Positions 46,645 to 46,845 of a stretch of 46,845 bases of DNA are shown piece by piece. The position numbers were made by a program, and so were the translations under genes. Location of the stretch: assembly GCA_002104905.1 (NCBI GenBank), contig MCFE01000680.1, positions 1-46,845 of the forward strand. The letters are read 5' to 3'. A model generated the notes under the pieces. That model did no database searches and had not been told where the DNA came from. It worked only from the letters and a program-made list of their open reading frames with translations. Source of the stretch: Basidiobolus meristosporus CBS 931.73 (taxonomy: Eukaryota > Fungi > Basidiobolomycota). The number at the start of each line of letters is the position of its first letter. Position 1 is the stretch's first letter.

Positions 46645-46845
46645 GTTAGGGTTAGGGTTAGGGTTAGGGTTAGGGTTAGGGTTAGGGTTAGGTTAGGGTT
46701 AGGGTTAGGGTTAGGGTTAGGGTTAGGGTTAGGGTTAGGGTTAGGGTTAGGGTTAGGGTTAGGGTTAGGGTTAGGGTTAGGGTTAGGGTTAGGGTTAGGG
46801 TTAGGGTTAGGGTTAGGGTTAGGGTTAGGGTTAGGGTTAGGGTTA
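46645..46845 (+). repeat. Telomere (TTAGGG)n, right chromosome end
   Basis: About 32 TTAGGG repeats plus one TTAGG variant, running to the end of the window in G-strand polarity. Confidence 0.99.

Noticed and set aside
36000-46845. Telomere-linked RecQ helicase or an RT for the terminal elements
   Set aside because: No helicase motifs and no non-LTR or PLE RT motifs were seen. The only RT sequences are copia-type.

Overview
This window is the right-hand end of a fungal chromosome: the genes carry GT-AG introns and the sequence ends in about 200 bp of (TTAGGG)n. Gene content suggests an early-diverging fungus, plausibly Zoopagomycota, but this is inference only. It has three zones. (1) 1-11.4 kb: a nest of Ty1/copia retrotransposons and solo LTRs. 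(2) About 11.5-36 kb: a gene island with a DUF1647-like protein, tropomyosin, an INSIG-like gene, PDA1, a TOK1-type K+ channel, HNT1, a rhodanese, a RalGAP/RapGAP-domain protein and two tandem multi-TM paralogues. (3) 36-46.8 kb: a decayed copia followed by a terminal array. The terminal array (42.7-46.6 kb) is the most unusual part. It holds five copies of a ~530-bp unit that, read on the minus strand, has a tRNA-like Pol III A-box/B-box head with an embedded CCCTAACCC, covarying hairpins, and a 3' tail ending in CCCTAA. It also holds a ~1-kb element encoding only an ORF1/Gag-like protein with the same 3' stem-loop tail. These elements sit directly on truncated LTRs, which looks like a telomere-targeted SINE plus a HeT-A-like partner that heal or extend chromosome ends. 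No reverse transcriptase for them is present in the window, so the mechanism is inferred.
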